Assembly: GCA_015067215.1 (NCBI GenBank)
Contig: SVMW01000003.1
Span: 6,682 to 70,681, forward strand
Reading direction: 5' to 3'
From: Oscillospiraceae bacterium
GTDB lineage: Bacteria; Bacillota; Clostridia; Oscillospirales; Ruminococcaceae
DNA: 64,000 bases
Shown here: positions 8,752-20,939 of the stretch, in pieces
Layout: each line of letters starts with the position of its first letter
Position numbering within the stretch: the first letter of the stretch is position 1
Made by a program: the position numbers and the translations under genes
The notes under the pieces: generated by a model
Seen by the model: only the letters and a program-made list of their open reading frames with translations
The model's database searches: none
What the model was told of the DNA's origin: nothing

Positions 8752-10719
8752 ATGGCAGATACATTTAAACTTGTCAGCGAATACACCCCTATGGGTGACC
8801 AGCCTAAAGCGATTGAATCTATATCAAAAGGTATTGAAGACGGGCTTAAAGCACAGACAATTCTTGGTGCTACAGGCACAGGTAAAACCTATGTAATGGC
8901 ACAGATTATACAAAAAATTAACCGACCTACACTTGTGCTTGCACACAACAAAACTCTTGCGGCTCAGCTGTGTACCGAATTCAAGGAACTGTTTCCTGAA
9001 AATGCTGTAGAATATTTTGTGTCCTACTACGATTATTATCAGCCTGAGGCATATATCCCGTCTACTGATGTTTATATAGAAAAAGACAGTGCTATAAATG
9101 AAGAAATTGACCGTCTGCGCCACAGTGCCACAGCATCACTTTCAGAACGTCGCGATGTAATAATTGTAGCCAGTGTTTCCTGCATCTATTCTCTTGGTGA
9201 CCCTATTGATTATCGTGAAATGGTAATTTCCATCCGTCAGGGTCAGGAAAAAAGCAGGGAAGAACTTATGAAAGAACTTGTAAAGCTGCAGTATGAGCGT
9301 AATGATATGAACTTTATCCGCAATAAGTTCCGTGTCCGCGGAGATGTTGTGGAGGTTTATCCTGCATACAGCCACGAAACAGCATACAGAATTGAATTTT
9401 TCGGTGATGAAATTGACCGAATAAGAGAAATCAATCATCTTACAGGTGAAGTAAAAAACACAATAAGTCATCTGGCGATTTTTCCTGCAAGCCATTATAT
9501 TATTTCTGATGAAAAGCTTAAAAAGGCCTTGGAAAGAATACAGAACGAAATGGATGACCAGGTTAAAAAATTTACCGATGAAGGCAAACTTATAGAAGCT
9601 CAGCGCATTGCCCAGCGTACTATGTATGATATGGAAATGCTGCAGGAAGTTGGAACCTGCAAAGGTGTAGAAAACTATTCCTCTGTTTTTGCGGGTCGTA
9701 AACCTGGCGAAACAGGTACAACATTGCTGGACTATTTTCCTGAAGATTTCGTGCTGTTTATTGACGAATCGCATGTTACTATCCCACAGGTTGGGGCAAT
9801 GTATGGCGGAGACTATGCGCGTAAGAAAAACCTTGTGGAATACGGTTTCCGACTGCCAAGTGCTTTTGACAACCGTCCGCTTAAGTTTGAAGAGTTTGAA
9901 AGCAAACTAAATCAGATGGTGTTTGTAAGCGCGACACCAAGCAAATACGAAAAAGAACACAGTCAGAATACAACTGAACTTATTATCCGTCCGACAGGTC
10001 TTGTAGACCCTGAAATTGTGGTAAAACCTGTTGAAGGTCAGATTGAAGACCTGCTTGACGAAATCAATATCCGTATAGCAAAAAATGAAAGAGTGCTTGT
10101 TACAACCCTGACCAAAAAGATGGCAGAAGACCTGACAGAATACCTTTCACACAAAAAGATTAAAGTAAAATATATGCATCACGAGGTTGATACATTTGAA
10201 CGTATGGAACTTATCCGCGATTTGCGTACAGGTACAATAGATGTGCTTGTTGGAATTAATCTTCTGCGTGAAGGCCTGGATATGCCTGAAGTCAGCCTTA
10301 TTGCTATTCTTGATGCGGATAAAGAAGGTTTCCTTCGCAGCGAAACCAGCCTTATCCAGACAATCGGACGTGCTGCCAGAAATGCCAACGGTCAGGTAAT
10401 TATGTATGCTGATACTGTTACAAACAGTATGGAAAGGGCAATAACAGAAACCTACCGCAGACGCGAAATTCAGCTTAAATACAACGAGGAATACGGCATA
10501 ATACCGCAGACCATCAAAAAGGATATCAGAGGCATTATCGAAATATCCTCCAAAGATGATGAAGCGAACAAAAAACGTACAAGCCGTATGTCAAAGGCGG
10601 AAAAAGAAAAACTAATTGAAAAACTTACAAAAGAAATGAAGGAAGCTGCAAAAATTCTTGACTTTGAACATGCTGCATTTGTCAGAGACAGAATTGAAAA
10701 GCTTAGAAATTCAAAATAG
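8752..10719 (+). CDS. uvrB: Excinuclease ABC subunit B
   Basis: 655 aa. Walker A GATGTGKT, helicase motifs, C-terminal UVR domain. RBS AAGGAGGG. Confidence 0.97.
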   Translation: MADTFKLVSEYTPMGDQPKAIESISKGIEDGLKAQTILGATGTGKTYVMAQIIQKINRPTLVLAHNKTLAAQLCTEFKELFPENAVEYFVSYYDYYQPEAYIPSTDVYIEKDSAINEEIDRLRHSATASLSERRDVIIVASVSCIYSLGDPIDYREMVISIRQGQEKSREELMKELVKLQYERNDMNFIRNKFRVRGDVVEVYPAYSHETAYRIEFFGDEIDRIREINHLTGEVKNTISHLAIFPASHYIISDEKLKKALERIQNEMDDQVKKFTDEGKLIEAQRIAQRTMYDMEMLQEVGTCKGVENYSSVFAGRKPGETGTTLLDYFPEDFVLFIDESHVTIPQVGAMYGGDYARKKNLVEYGFRLPSAFDNRPLKFEEFESKLNQMVFVSATPSKYEKEHSQNTTELIIRPTGLVDPEIVVKPVEGQIEDLLDEINIRIAKNERVLVTTLTKKMAEDLTEYLSHKKIKVKYMHHEVDTFERMELIRDLRTGTIDVLVGINLLREGLDMPEVSLIAILDADKEGFLRSETSLIQTIGRAARNANGQVIMYADTVTNSMERAITETYRRREIQLKYNEEYGIIPQTIKKDIRGIIEISSKDDEANKKRTSRMSKAEKEKLIEKLTKEMKEAAKILDFEHAAFVRDRIEKLRNSK

Positions 10720-10728
10720 GTGATTTAA

Positions 10729-13560
10729 ATGGCAAATGATAAAATTATAATCAAAGGTGCTAAAGAGAATAACCTTAAAAATGTTGATGTAACGTTGCCA
10801 AGAGATAAAATGATTGTTATGACAGGGCTTTCAGGGTCGGGCAAATCCAGCCTTGCTTTTGACACAATCTATGCTGACGGGCAGAGACGATACATGGAAA
10901 GTCTGTCTTCCTATGCGCGTCAGTTTCTTGGTCAGATGGAAAAACCAAATGTTGAATCCATTGAAGGCTTGTCTCCTGCAATATCTATAGACCAGAAAAC
11001 CACAAGCAAAAACCCTCGTTCCACAGTTGGTACAGTAACAGAAATTTACGATTATTTGCGTCTGCTTTATGCGCGTATAGGTATTCCTCATTGTCCTGTA
11101 TGCGGCAAGGAAATAAAGCAGCAGTCGGTTGACCAGATGGTTGATTCTATTATGACACTGGAGCAGGGAACAAGAATTCAGGTGCTTGCTCCTGTTGTGC
11201 ACGGACAGAAAGGTATGCACATCAAGGAACTCGATGCAGCAAAACGCCAGGGCTTTGTTCGTGTAAGGATTGACGGAAATATATACGACCTTGAAGAAGA
11301 TATTACACTTGATAAAAACAAAAAGCATGATATAGAGGTTGTTGTTGACCGACTTGTAATCAAGGACGACATAGTATCACGTCTCGCAGGAAGCATAGAA
11401 ACTGCACTTTCAATTGCAGATGTAGGGGTTGTTATTGATGTGATAGGCGGTGAAGAAATGTTCTTCTCCCAGACTTTTGCATGCCCTGAACACGGCATAA
11501 GCATAGGTGAACTTGAACCGAGAATGTTCTCTTTCAACGCACCATTCGGTGCCTGTGAAAAATGTACAGGGCTTGGCGAATATCTACGTGTTGACCCGGA
11601 AATGATTATTCCTAACAAAAAGCTTTCCATAGCAGAAGGTGCAATAAAAGCCAGCGGCTGGTATTATGCCGAAGGTTCTGTTTCTGAAATGTACTATAAA
11701 GGTCTTGGCAAGGAATATGGTTTCGACCTGAACACACCAATCAAAGATATGTCAAAAGAGGCAATCGAAGCACTTCTTTATGGTACAAAAGGAAAAAAAC
11801 TGGAACTTCACCGTCATACTGACAGAGGTATAGGCAATTATAATACAGACTTTGAAGGGGTAGTAAACAATCTTGAACGCCGTTTCAGAGAGACAAATTC
11901 CAACTGGGTAAAGGATGAAATATCCCGTGTTATGAGCGGTATTGAATGTCCTGAATGTCATGGTGACCGACTTAAACCTGTTATTCTTGCGGTTACAGTC
12001 GGAGGCATAAACATCAGTGATTTCACAAAGATGTCGGTTAGAGAAGCGGTTGATTTTATAGATAACCTTGAGCTTACAAATCAGGAGCATCTTATAGCAG
12101 ATGCCATTCTGAAAGAAGTTAAAGAAAGACTTAACTTTCTTAAAAGTGTTGGCCTTGAATATCTTACACTTGCCCGTGCTTCAGGCACACTTTCAGGCGG
12201 TGAAAGTCAACGCATTCGTCTTGCAACACAGATTGGTTCAATGCTTACAGGTGTCCTGTATGTACTTGACGAACCAAGTATCGGGCTGCACCAGAGAGAC
12301 AACGAAAAACTTATTGCCACTCTCAAGCGCCTGAGGGATTTAGGCAATACACTTATTGTTGTTGAACACGATGAAGATACAATCCGCAGTGCTGACTACA
12401 TCGTAGATATCGGCCCCGGTGCGGGTGTTCACGGAGGTCAGATTATTGCACAGGGCACACTCAGCGACATCGAAAATTGTGAGGAAAGCATTACAGGTCA
12501 GTATCTCAGCGGCAGAAAAACAATTGAAATTCCTGAAAAAACAAGGGAAGGCAATGGTAAATTCATTAAGATTATCGGAGCGAGACAGAATAATCTTAAA
12601 AACATAGATGTGGATATTCCTCTTGGTAAAATGGTGTGTGTAACCGGTGTTTCAGGCAGCGGCAAGTCATCACTTATTAATGAAATATTCTATAAAAAAG
12701 CTACAAATGTGCTTAACGGTTCAAAAATAAAACCAGGTGCACATGAGGATATTATAGGTTTTGAAAATGTTGATAAGGTTATAGGCATTGACCAGTCTGC
12801 AATAGGCAGAACCCCACGTTCCAACCCAGCAACATATACAGGTGTTTTTGGTGATATCCGCAATCTGTTTGCACAGACACAGGATGCCAAAATGAGAGGT
12901 TATCAGCCCGGTCGCTTCTCATTTAACGTTAAGGGCGGACGCTGCGAAGCATGTGAGGGCGATGGTATTATCGAAATTGAAATGCATTTTCTGCCAGATA
13001 TTTATGTTCCTTGTGAAGTTTGTAAGGGTAAACGATATAACCGTGAAACCCTTGAAGTTAAATACAAGGGAAAAAACATCAGCGATGTGCTGGAAATGAC
13101 AGTTGAACAGGCTATGGCTTTCTTTGAAAATCAGCCTAAAATATACAGAAAAATCAAAACCCTTTACGACGTAGGCCTGGGGTATATAAAACTCGGACAG
13201 AGCGCAACAACTTTGTCGGGCGGTGAGGCACAGCGTGTAAAGCTTGCACTTGAACTTTCAAAAATTCAGACAGGCAATACACTTTATATCCTTGACGAAC
13301 CTACAACCGGTCTGCATACAGCTGACGTGCATAAACTTATTGAAGTTTTACAAAAGCTTGTGGATGCAGGCAATACCGTAATTGTTATAGAACATAACCT
13401 GGACCTTATAAAAGTATGTGATCATATTATCGATATCGGCCCGGAAGGCGGGGACAAGGGTGGTATGATTGTTGCTGAGGGTACACCGCTTGAAGTGAGC
13501 AGAAACGAAAAATCATACACAGGTATGTTCCTTAAAAAATATTTTGAACAGGAGGCATAA
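10729..13560 (+). CDS. uvrA: Excinuclease ABC subunit A
   Basis: 943 aa. Two ABC modules ([18 protein letters not shown]), LSGGE signatures, Zn-finger Cys pairs. Confidence 0.97.
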   Translation: MANDKIIIKGAKENNLKNVDVTLPRDKMIVMTGLSGSGKSSLAFDTIYADGQRRYMESLSSYARQFLGQMEKPNVESIEGLSPAISIDQKTTSKNPRSTVGTVTEIYDYLRLLYARIGIPHCPVCGKEIKQQSVDQMVDSIMTLEQGTRIQVLAPVVHGQKGMHIKELDAAKRQGFVRVRIDGNIYDLEEDITLDKNKKHDIEVVVDRLVIKDDIVSRLAGSIETALSIADVGVVIDVIGGEEMFFSQTFACPEHGISIGELEPRMFSFNAPFGACEKCTGLGEYLRVDPEMIIPNKKLSIAEGAIKASGWYYAEGSVSEMYYKGLGKEYGFDLNTPIKDMSKEAIEALLYGTKGKKLELHRHTDRGIGNYNTDFEGVVNNLERRFRETNSNWVKDEISRVMSGIECPECHGDRLKPVILAVTVGGINISDFTKMSVREAVDFIDNLELTNQEHLIADAILKEVKERLNFLKSVGLEYLTLARASGTLSGGESQRIRLATQIGSMLTGVLYVLDEPSIGLHQRDNEKLIATLKRLRDLGNTLIVVEHDEDTIRSADYIVDIGPGAGVHGGQIIAQGTLSDIENCEESITGQYLSGRKTIEIPEKTREGNGKFIKIIGARQNNLKNIDVDIPLGKMVCVTGVSGSGKSSLINEIFYKKATNVLNGSKIKPGAHEDIIGFENVDKVIGIDQSAIGRTPRSNPATYTGVFGDIRNLFAQTQDAKMRGYQPGRFSFNVKGGRCEACEGDGIIEIEMHFLPDIYVPCEVCKGKRYNRETLEVKYKGKNISDVLEMTVEQAMAFFENQPKIYRKIKTLYDVGLGYIKLGQSATTLSGGEAQRVKLALELSKIQTGNTLYILDEPTTGLHTADVHKLIEVLQKLVDAGNTVIVIEHNLDLIKVCDHIIDIGPEGGDKGGMIVAEGTPLEVSRNEKSYTGMFLKKYFEQEA

Positions 13561-13561
13561 A

Positions 13562-14923
13562 TTGAATTATACAGAAAAACTGAATAAACTTATTGAACAG
13601 AAATTCAATTATGTGCCACTTGTTAATGTTCAGACCTTTGGTTGTGTGCAGAATGAAAATGACTCGGAAAAAATCAGAGGTATTCTAAACAGTGCAGGTT
13701 TTGGCGTTAGTGACAGCTTTGAAAACAGTGATATTGTAATCTTCAATACCTGTGCAATAAGAGAAAATGCAGAGCTTAAAATATTTGGGAATATAGGCAA
13801 ACTTAAAGCCCTTAAAGCGAATAATCCGGATATGATTGTAGCAGTATGCGGATGTATGGTGATGCAGCCTCATATTGTTGCTAAAATCAAAAAATCATAT
13901 CCTTTTGTTGACATAGTTTTTGGGGTTAATTCCATTGAAGAATTACCATATATAGTGTATAATTGGTATATTGGCAACAAAAGACAGGTTTCTGACCCTG
14001 TTGTCAAAACAGATGTGGTAGAAAATATCCCGGTGTACCGTCAAAGCAGGTCTAAAGCTACCATTTCCATAATGTATGGCTGTGACAATTTCTGTTCATA
14101 CTGCATTGTACCTTATGTACGAGGCAGAGAACGTTCCCGCAGGCCTGAGGATATTCTTAAAGAGTTTACTCAGCTTGTTGCAGACGGATACAAAGATATT
14201 ACCCTGCTGGGACAGAATGTTGACAGTTATGGTAAAAACCTTGAACCGAGGGTAGATTTTGCCGATCTGCTTAATATGCTTTGCAAAGTGAAAGGTGACT
14301 ATGTGCTTCATTTTATGTCAAGTCACCCTAAAGATATTAATAAAAAGGTGATTGATGTAATCAGGGATAATCCACAGATTTCACGTCAGATTCATCTGCC
14401 TGTACAGTCTGGCAGCAACAGAATTCTGTCACTTATGAACCGCAGATATACTGTTGAACAGTATAAGGAGATTATCAGTTATGCAAGACAGCAGATTCCA
14501 GATGTAGGATTTTCAAGTGATATAATTGTAGGGTTCCCGGGAGAAACCTATGAAGAATATCTGGAAACAGAAAATCTTGTAAAGGAAAACGGCTTTACAC
14601 AGCTTTTTACTTTTATTTATTCAAAAAGAAAAGGAACAAAAGCTGCAGAACTGGAAGACAATACGCCTCACAGCGAAAAAACCGAACGTCTTAACAGGCT
14701 TATAAAAATTCAGCAGGATATTTTCTTTAAATATCTTGAATCTTTTAATAATAAAACAGTCAGGGCACTGGTTGAAGAAACTAAACCGGGTGGGTATTCC
14801 GCAAGGTTGGCCAATACGCTGGTTGTTCATTTTAAAACCGACAGAACAGACCTTTTGGACAATTATGTAAATGTAAGAATTACGGGTAAAAAAGGTACTG
14901 TTTTAACAGGTGAAATTATATAA
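13562..14923 (+). CDS. miaB: tRNA methylthiotransferase MiaB (radical SAM)
   Basis: UPF0004 N-domain (TFGCVQNENDSE), radical-SAM CDNFCSYC, TRAM C-terminus. TTG at 13562 is preferred because GGAGG lies 6 nt upstream. Synteny with ymcA matches B. subtilis ymcB-ymcA. Confidence 0.85.
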   Translation: MNYTEKLNKLIEQKFNYVPLVNVQTFGCVQNENDSEKIRGILNSAGFGVSDSFENSDIVIFNTCAIRENAELKIFGNIGKLKALKANNPDMIVAVCGCMVMQPHIVAKIKKSYPFVDIVFGVNSIEELPYIVYNWYIGNKRQVSDPVVKTDVVENIPVYRQSRSKATISIMYGCDNFCSYCIVPYVRGRERSRRPEDILKEFTQLVADGYKDITLLGQNVDSYGKNLEPRVDFADLLNMLCKVKGDYVLHFMSSHPKDINKKVIDVIRDNPQISRQIHLPVQSGSNRILSLMNRRYTVEQYKEIISYARQQIPDVGFSSDIIVGFPGETYEEYLETENLVKENGFTQLFTFIYSKRKGTKAAELEDNTPHSEKTERLNRLIKIQQDIFFKYLESFNNKTVRALVEETKPGGYSARLANTLVVHFKTDRTDLLDNYVNVRITGKKGTVLTGEII

Positions 14924-14950
14924 AAAATTATCAGAAAAGAGGATACAAAA

Positions 14951-15367
14951 ATGGCATTTGATTTTATTACTGAACTTAAAAAACTTTGTGTACAGCTTCA
15001 GAAAGAAGATGTAGCAGTATATTTTGAACAGGCAAAAAAAATGAACGATATGGACCAGGAACTTCAGGAACTTATCGGCAAATTTAACCTTGCAAGATTC
15101 AATTATAACATCGAAGCCAATAAACAGGAAGGCAGCGATGAAAAAGTAATTGCAGAATACGAAAAAGAAATCAATGAGCTTTACACACAGATTATGGAAA
15201 ACGACAGCATGGTTGCATACAGCGAAGCAAAAGCTGATGTAGACAGACTTATGCAGCACGCACAGGCTGTTCTTACATGCGTTTTCAATGGTGGAGACCC
15301 TATGCTTGTTGAACTGCCTGACGAAGGCTGCACAGGCAGCTGTTCCACATGTTCAGGTTGTCACTAA
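14951..15367 (+). CDS. ymcA: YlbF/YmcA (RicA-like) family protein with Cys-rich C-terminal tail
   Basis: 138 aa helical protein located between miaB and mutS, as in B. subtilis. Tail is CTGSCSTCSGCH. Confidence 0.7.
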   Translation: MAFDFITELKKLCVQLQKEDVAVYFEQAKKMNDMDQELQELIGKFNLARFNYNIEANKQEGSDEKVIAEYEKEINELYTQIMENDSMVAYSEAKADVDRLMQHAQAVLTCVFNGGDPMLVELPDEGCTGSCSTCSGCH

Positions 15368-15413
15368 TTATTGATGTTTAATACTTTTAATTTTCAGAAG
15401 GACGGTTTAAATT

Positions 15414-18011
15414 GTGGCTAAATTATCTCCGATGATGCAGCAATACTTTGAAATAAAGAACAGACATAAAGACCATATTGTGTTTTTCCGTCTGGGTGAC
15501 TTTTATGAAATGTTTTTCGATGATGCTATACTTGCGTCCAGAGAACTTGAACTCACCCTGACGGGCAGGGACTGTGGTCAGGAAGAACGTGCCCCAATGT
15601 GCGGTATTCCTTATCACAGCAGCGAGGCCTATATTCAGCGTCTGCTGGAAAAAGGTTATAAAGTTGCAATCTGCGAACAGACAGAGCAGCCGCAAAAGGG
15701 TAAAACTCTGGTAAACCGTGATGTTATCAGGGTTGTTACTCCGGGGACGATTCTGGAAAACAGTATGCTCAGCGAGGATAAAAATAACTATATTGCCAGT
15801 ATTTTTATTGATGGTAAAAATTGTTTTAATACCTGCTTCTGCGATATTTCAACAGGCAATATGCACACAACAGTTATTTCCAGCGAAAATATTCAGAATG
15901 CTGTACAGTCAGAGCTTATCAAATACCGTCCAAGCGAAATTGTAATCAACAGCAGAATACTTGACTTCAAATGGCTTACAGAATACATAAAAAATATTCT
16001 CAAATGTCCGGTGGAACTTTTGTCAGACGATGACTACAATGCAGAAACTGCAAAGCTCAAGGTTGACAGTTATTTTGCTGACAACAGTTTTGACAGTGAA
16101 ATGGTGCTGTGTGTATGGCAGCTTATCAATTATCTGGAAGATACACAGAAGGTAGGCATTGATAATATTTCCCAGGTGGAAAGTTATGAACAGAACAGTT
16201 TTATGAAACTCAGCTACACAACTGTGTCCAATCTGGAACTGTTTGAAACTATCCGCAGCAAAGAGAAAAAAGGCAGTTTGCTTTGGGTTCTGGACAACAC
16301 AAAAACATCCTTTGGCAAACGCATGATGCGTCAGGTGGTGGCTTCACCGCTTATGGATAAGACTGCAATTGACAACCGTCTTGACTGTGTTGAATATCTC
16401 AACAAAAATATTGTTGTGAGAATGGAAATTCAGAACCTGCTTAAGGGAATTCAGGATATGGAACGTCTTTGTTCCCGTGCTTCCTTTGGCAATGCAAGCC
16501 CAAGAGATGTTTTTTCACTCTCAGCCTCATTAAAAAAACTGCTTCCGCTTAAAAACATTCTGTCACAGTGCGATAACAAGCTGATAACTTCCCTTAACAG
16601 AGATATCAATCCGCTTACAGAACTTTGTGATGTGCTGGACAGGGCAATAGTGGAAAATCCTCCTGCGACCACAAAGGACGGCAATGTGATCAAGGAAGGT
16701 TTTGATGCCGAAGTTGACAGACTCAGAAACCTTGTAAACAACAGCATGGATATCCTTGCAGGCATTGAAAGCCGTCTTAAAGAAGAAACGGGAATTCCAA
16801 AACTGAAAATAGGTTACAACCGTGTGTTTGGATATTACATTGAAGTTACCCGTTCCTACTTAAATCTTGTTCCTCCAACATTTTTCCGCAAACAGACACT
16901 TGCGGGTGCGGAACGTTTTATAACAGAGGAACTCAAGGAACTTGAACAGGAAATTCTTTCCGCAAGCGATAAGCTTCTCGCGCTGGAAAAAGATATATTC
17001 AGCAATCTGTTAAGACAGATAAGTGACAATTCAAAAGAAATACTTGTTACTACAAAAGCACTTTCCTATGTGGATGTACTGGCATCTTTTTCCGAAACAA
17101 GTATTAAAAACAACTATGTTAAACCTGAAATTACAACAGGGGATGAAACCAGAATAACAGATGGCCGTCACCCTGTGGTTGAAGCGATGCTTAAGGATGA
17201 AATATTTATCCCTAATGACACATTGCTTGACTGCAATAAAAACCGTGTAAGTGTTATTACAGGGCCTAATATGGCAGGTAAATCCACATATATGCGACAG
17301 GTTGCAATTATTACACTTATGGCACAGATTGGCTGTTTTGTACCTGCAAGACAGGCGGTTGTTTCCATTGTGGATGCTATATTTACTCGAGTAGGTGCAT
17401 CAGATGATCTTTCCAGCGGCCGTTCAACCTTTATGGTGGAAATGACAGAGGTAAGCGAAATTCTTAAAAATGCTACAGGCAAAAGCCTTGTTATTCTCGA
17501 CGAAATCGGCAGAGGTACGTCCACCTTTGATGGAATGAGTATTGCAAAAGCAGTTGTGGAATACATTTATGATAAAAACAATAATCTTGGCTGCAAGACA
17601 TTATTTGCAACACACTATCACGAACTTACAGATATGGAAATTGAATTTCCGGGTGTTGTAAACTATAATATTGCAGTTAAAAAACGCGGGGATGAAATTA
17701 CATTTCTCAGAAAAATTGTCAAAGGCGGCGCAGATGACAGTTTTGGTGTACAGGTTGCAAAACTTGCAGGTGTACCTGATGCGGTTATCGAAAGAGCAAA
17801 GGTGATTCTTGCTGAACTGGAAGAAAACGCACGCAGAGAAAAGATGGCGGTGCGTCAGCTTTCCTTTGATGATGCTATCCCTATGCTGCAGGAAGAAAGA
17901 GAAAAGGAAGTTCCTGCAGAAATTATAAAAGAGCTTGAAAAGGTGGATGTTAATGTTCTTACACCTATTGAAGCGCTCAATATCTTAAACAAACTCAAAT
18001 CACTTATTTAA
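15414..18011 (+). CDS. mutS: DNA mismatch repair protein MutS
   Basis: N-terminal PMMQQYFEIK, Walker A GPNMAGKST, DEIGRGTST. GTG start. Confidence 0.97.
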   Translation: MAKLSPMMQQYFEIKNRHKDHIVFFRLGDFYEMFFDDAILASRELELTLTGRDCGQEERAPMCGIPYHSSEAYIQRLLEKGYKVAICEQTEQPQKGKTLVNRDVIRVVTPGTILENSMLSEDKNNYIASIFIDGKNCFNTCFCDISTGNMHTTVISSENIQNAVQSELIKYRPSEIVINSRILDFKWLTEYIKNILKCPVELLSDDDYNAETAKLKVDSYFADNSFDSEMVLCVWQLINYLEDTQKVGIDNISQVESYEQNSFMKLSYTTVSNLELFETIRSKEKKGSLLWVLDNTKTSFGKRMMRQVVASPLMDKTAIDNRLDCVEYLNKNIVVRMEIQNLLKGIQDMERLCSRASFGNASPRDVFSLSASLKKLLPLKNILSQCDNKLITSLNRDINPLTELCDVLDRAIVENPPATTKDGNVIKEGFDAEVDRLRNLVNNSMDILAGIESRLKEETGIPKLKIGYNRVFGYYIEVTRSYLNLVPPTFFRKQTLAGAERFITEELKELEQEILSASDKLLALEKDIFSNLLRQISDNSKEILVTTKALSYVDVLASFSETSIKNNYVKPEITTGDETRITDGRHPVVEAMLKDEIFIPNDTLLDCNKNRVSVITGPNMAGKSTYMRQVAIITLMAQIGCFVPARQAVVSIVDAIFTRVGASDDLSSGRSTFMVEMTEVSEILKNATGKSLVILDEIGRGTSTFDGMSIAKAVVEYIYDKNNNLGCKTLFATHYHELTDMEIEFPGVVNYNIAVKKRGDEITFLRKIVKGGADDSFGVQVAKLAGVPDAVIERAKVILAELEENARREKMAVRQLSFDDAIPMLQEEREKEVPAEIIKELEKVDVNVLTPIEALNILNKLKSLI

Positions 18012-18022
18012 AGGAGATTTTT

Positions 18023-19987
18023 ATGGCGGTAATTAATGTTCTGGACAAACATACAGCAGAACTGATAGCCGCCGGCGAGGTAGTTGAAAAACCTGCTTCT
18101 GTTGTAAAGGAACTGGTTGAAAACTCCATAGATGCCGGGGCAAAAAATATTATTGTCGACATAGAAAACGGCGGTATTAAAAAGATACTGGTACAGGATG
18201 ACGGTTCGGGCATAGACAGCGAATATGTCTCAACTGCCTTTATTCGCCATGCAACAAGCAAGATTTCCCAAAAGGAAGACCTTGAAAACATACACAGCCT
18301 TGGTTTCCGTGGTGAAGCACTTGCATCAATTGCAAGTGTTGCAAAGGTGACACTTACCACCAAAACAGAACAGCAGGATTTTGCTGTGGAATATGTTATT
18401 GAAGGCGGAGAGGAAAAAAGTATTGAAATTAAACCGTTTGTAAACGGCACCCGTTTTATAATCAGGGATTTGTTTTACAACACTCCTGCGCGAATGAAAT
18501 TTCTTAAAAAGGATGCCACAGAAGCAGGTTATATAAACGAAATACTTACAAACCTTGCTCTGGCAAACCCGCATATTTCTTTTACCTTTAAAAAGGATGG
18601 CAAAGAAGTGTTTACTACAGCTGGTGACGGTGATCTTAAAAACACAATTGCCTGCCTGTTCAGTACAACTTTTACCAATGAAATTTGCCCTGTTGATTAT
18701 ACTGACGGAAAATATGAGGTGAAAGGCTTTACTACCTATCCGCATTACTCACGGCAGAGTCGAAATATGCAGTTTGTTTTTATAAATGGCAGATATGTAA
18801 AAAACAAAACAATAATTGCAGCAGTGGAAAACGCCTACAAAGGGACAGTAATGGTGGGAAAATTCCCTGGTTATGTGCTTGATGTGGCAATGCCGTTTGA
18901 CTGTGTTGATGTAAATGTTCATCCTGCAAAAACTGAAGTAAGATTTTCTAATGACAGTGAAGTCTTTTCATCGGTTTACAAAGCAATCAAAAATGCTTTG
19001 TCCGACAGTACTGACATAAAACAGATTGATATCAGAAAAACTGTACAGCAGAAGTTCTATGTTGATACAGACAGTATAAAACAGCAGTCTTTGAATGATA
19101 CATTGTCTGTAAAGCCTCAGACAGCACAGCACAATTTAAAGATAAACATAAACAAAAGTGCCGAAACCTTCAAAACAGTTTCAGCACAGGAATTCAAAGA
19201 AAAATATACAGGGGAAACCAATGTACTTAAAAGTGACAGCGGGGTTACTCCTTATACAGCTTCATCAGGATATACAGCCAAAAAACAGAGTTTGTTTATC
19301 CCGTATGAAGAACCTGAAAAAACGACAGTTAAACCTCAGGTCGCAACTGTAGAAACGGTTGCAGTAACCGAAACTGCAGAAAAACAGCCGCAGAATAACA
19401 CAGAAACCGACAATGATTTTTTATATGATATTAAAGTAGTCGGGGAAATTTTCAACACATACATTTTATGTCAGACACAGGACAGCCTTGTTATTATTGA
19501 TAAACACGCTGCCCACGAAAGACTTTTGTATGAAAAACTTAAAAAAACACAGAACAGTGACAATCAGATGTTGCTTGCACCTGTTGGAGTTAACCTTTCT
19601 GCCGCAGAAAAGGAAGCTGTGATGAATAATATTGAGCTTCTTGAAGAAAACGGTTTTATAATTGAAGATATGGGCCTTAATGGTGTAATGGTAAGAGCAG
19701 TTCCGCTTAATATTACAAATGATGACCCACAGAGTCTTATTGAAGAAATTGCCCATAATCTGTCGGAAGGTGATGGCAGCCCTGTTACAGAAAAACAGGA
19801 GTGGATACTCCACTCGGTAGCCTGCAGAAGTGCCATAAAAGCAGGTGATAAGGCTACTGAAACGGAACTTAAACGTCTTATTAATGATATTAAAACAGAA
19901 AAAATACCATTGTATTGCCCACACGGCAGACCTGTTATAATATCTCTTACTCAAAAGGAGATTGAAAGACAATTTGGAAGAGCGTAA
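18023..19987 (+). CDS. mutL: DNA mismatch repair protein MutL
   Basis: GHKL ATPase (IAAGEVVEKPASVVKELVENSIDAG, GFRGEAL) and C-terminal endonuclease/dimerisation domain. Confidence 0.95.
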   Translation: MAVINVLDKHTAELIAAGEVVEKPASVVKELVENSIDAGAKNIIVDIENGGIKKILVQDDGSGIDSEYVSTAFIRHATSKISQKEDLENIHSLGFRGEALASIASVAKVTLTTKTEQQDFAVEYVIEGGEEKSIEIKPFVNGTRFIIRDLFYNTPARMKFLKKDATEAGYINEILTNLALANPHISFTFKKDGKEVFTTAGDGDLKNTIACLFSTTFTNEICPVDYTDGKYEVKGFTTYPHYSRQSRNMQFVFINGRYVKNKTIIAAVENAYKGTVMVGKFPGYVLDVAMPFDCVDVNVHPAKTEVRFSNDSEVFSSVYKAIKNALSDSTDIKQIDIRKTVQQKFYVDTDSIKQQSLNDTLSVKPQTAQHNLKININKSAETFKTVSAQEFKEKYTGETNVLKSDSGVTPYTASSGYTAKKQSLFIPYEEPEKTTVKPQVATVETVAVTETAEKQPQNNTETDNDFLYDIKVVGEIFNTYILCQTQDSLVIIDKHAAHERLLYEKLKKTQNSDNQMLLAPVGVNLSAAEKEAVMNNIELLEENGFIIEDMGLNGVMVRAVPLNITNDDPQSLIEEIAHNLSEGDGSPVTEKQEWILHSVACRSAIKAGDKATETELKRLINDIKTEKIPLYCPHGRPVIISLTQKEIERQFGRA

Positions 19988-20939
19988 AAAGATAGTTGTA
20001 ATATGTGGTCCTACAGCAAGCGGAAAAACAGGGCTATCGCTTGTACTTGCAAAGAAGTTTGGCGGTGAGATTATATCTGCTGACTCAATGCAGGTTTATA
20101 AAAAGCTTGATATAGGCACTGCTAAGGCAACAAAAGAAGAACAGACGGCAGCACCGCACCATCTTGTTGATTTTCTTGAGCCGGATGAGCCTTACAATGT
20201 AGAGATTTTTACACGGCTGGCAAAAGAAAAAATTGAAGAAATTTCGGGAAGGGGCAAACTTCCTGTAATAACAGGAGGCACAGGTTTATATATAGAAAGT
20301 CTTGTTAACGGTATTACTTTTACTGAACAGGATTCCGACAAGACAGTCAGAACCAATCTGGAAAAACAGCTGCAGGAAAACGGAAAGGAATGGCTTTATG
20401 CCAAGCTTTGTGAAGTTGACCCGGAATATGCTGCAACGGTGCATCCGAATAATGCGGTAAGGGTTATGCGTGCACTGGAAATTTATTACACAACAGGTGT
20501 GACTATGACAAACCAGATTGCTAATTCCAGACCAAAGGAAAAACCTTACGATGTGCTTTTTCTTGCCACCGGTTTTACTGACAGGGCAAAACTTTATGAA
20601 AATATTGATAAGCGCGTAGACAATATGATGCAGCAGAATGTTTTGTCAGAAGCGGAGTATGTATACAAAAACAAAGATATTTTTGTAAACTCTGCCGCGG
20701 CAATAGGATATAAAGAGTTTTTTCCGTACTTCGAAGGAGAACAGACACTGGAAGAATGTGTGGACACACTAAAAAAAAGTTCCCGTCATTATGCCAAAAG
20801 ACAGCTTACCTGGTTTAACAGGATGAAAGATATCAACTGGCTTTGGGTTGACGGCAAGGAAGATTACAAAAAACAGGCAGTAATGCTCACAGAAGAATTT
20901 TTGAACGGACAGTTAAAAGATGGACCAGCAGAAAACTAG
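19962..20939 (+). CDS. miaA: tRNA dimethylallyltransferase MiaA
   Basis: P-loop GPTASGKT and DSMQVYK motif. Start is uncertain (TTG at 19962 or TTG at 19974); it overlaps the mutL end. Confidence 0.9.
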   Translation: MKDNLEERKKIVVICGPTASGKTGLSLVLAKKFGGEIISADSMQVYKKLDIGTAKATKEEQTAAPHHLVDFLEPDEPYNVEIFTRLAKEKIEEISGRGKLPVITGGTGLYIESLVNGITFTEQDSDKTVRTNLEKQLQENGKEWLYAKLCEVDPEYAATVHPNNAVRVMRALEIYYTTGVTMTNQIANSRPKEKPYDVLFLATGFTDRAKLYENIDKRVDNMMQQNVLSEAEYVYKNKDIFVNSAAAIGYKEFFPYFEGEQTLEECVDTLKKSSRHYAKRQLTWFNRMKDINWLWVDGKEDYKKQAVMLTEEFLNGQLKDGPAEN

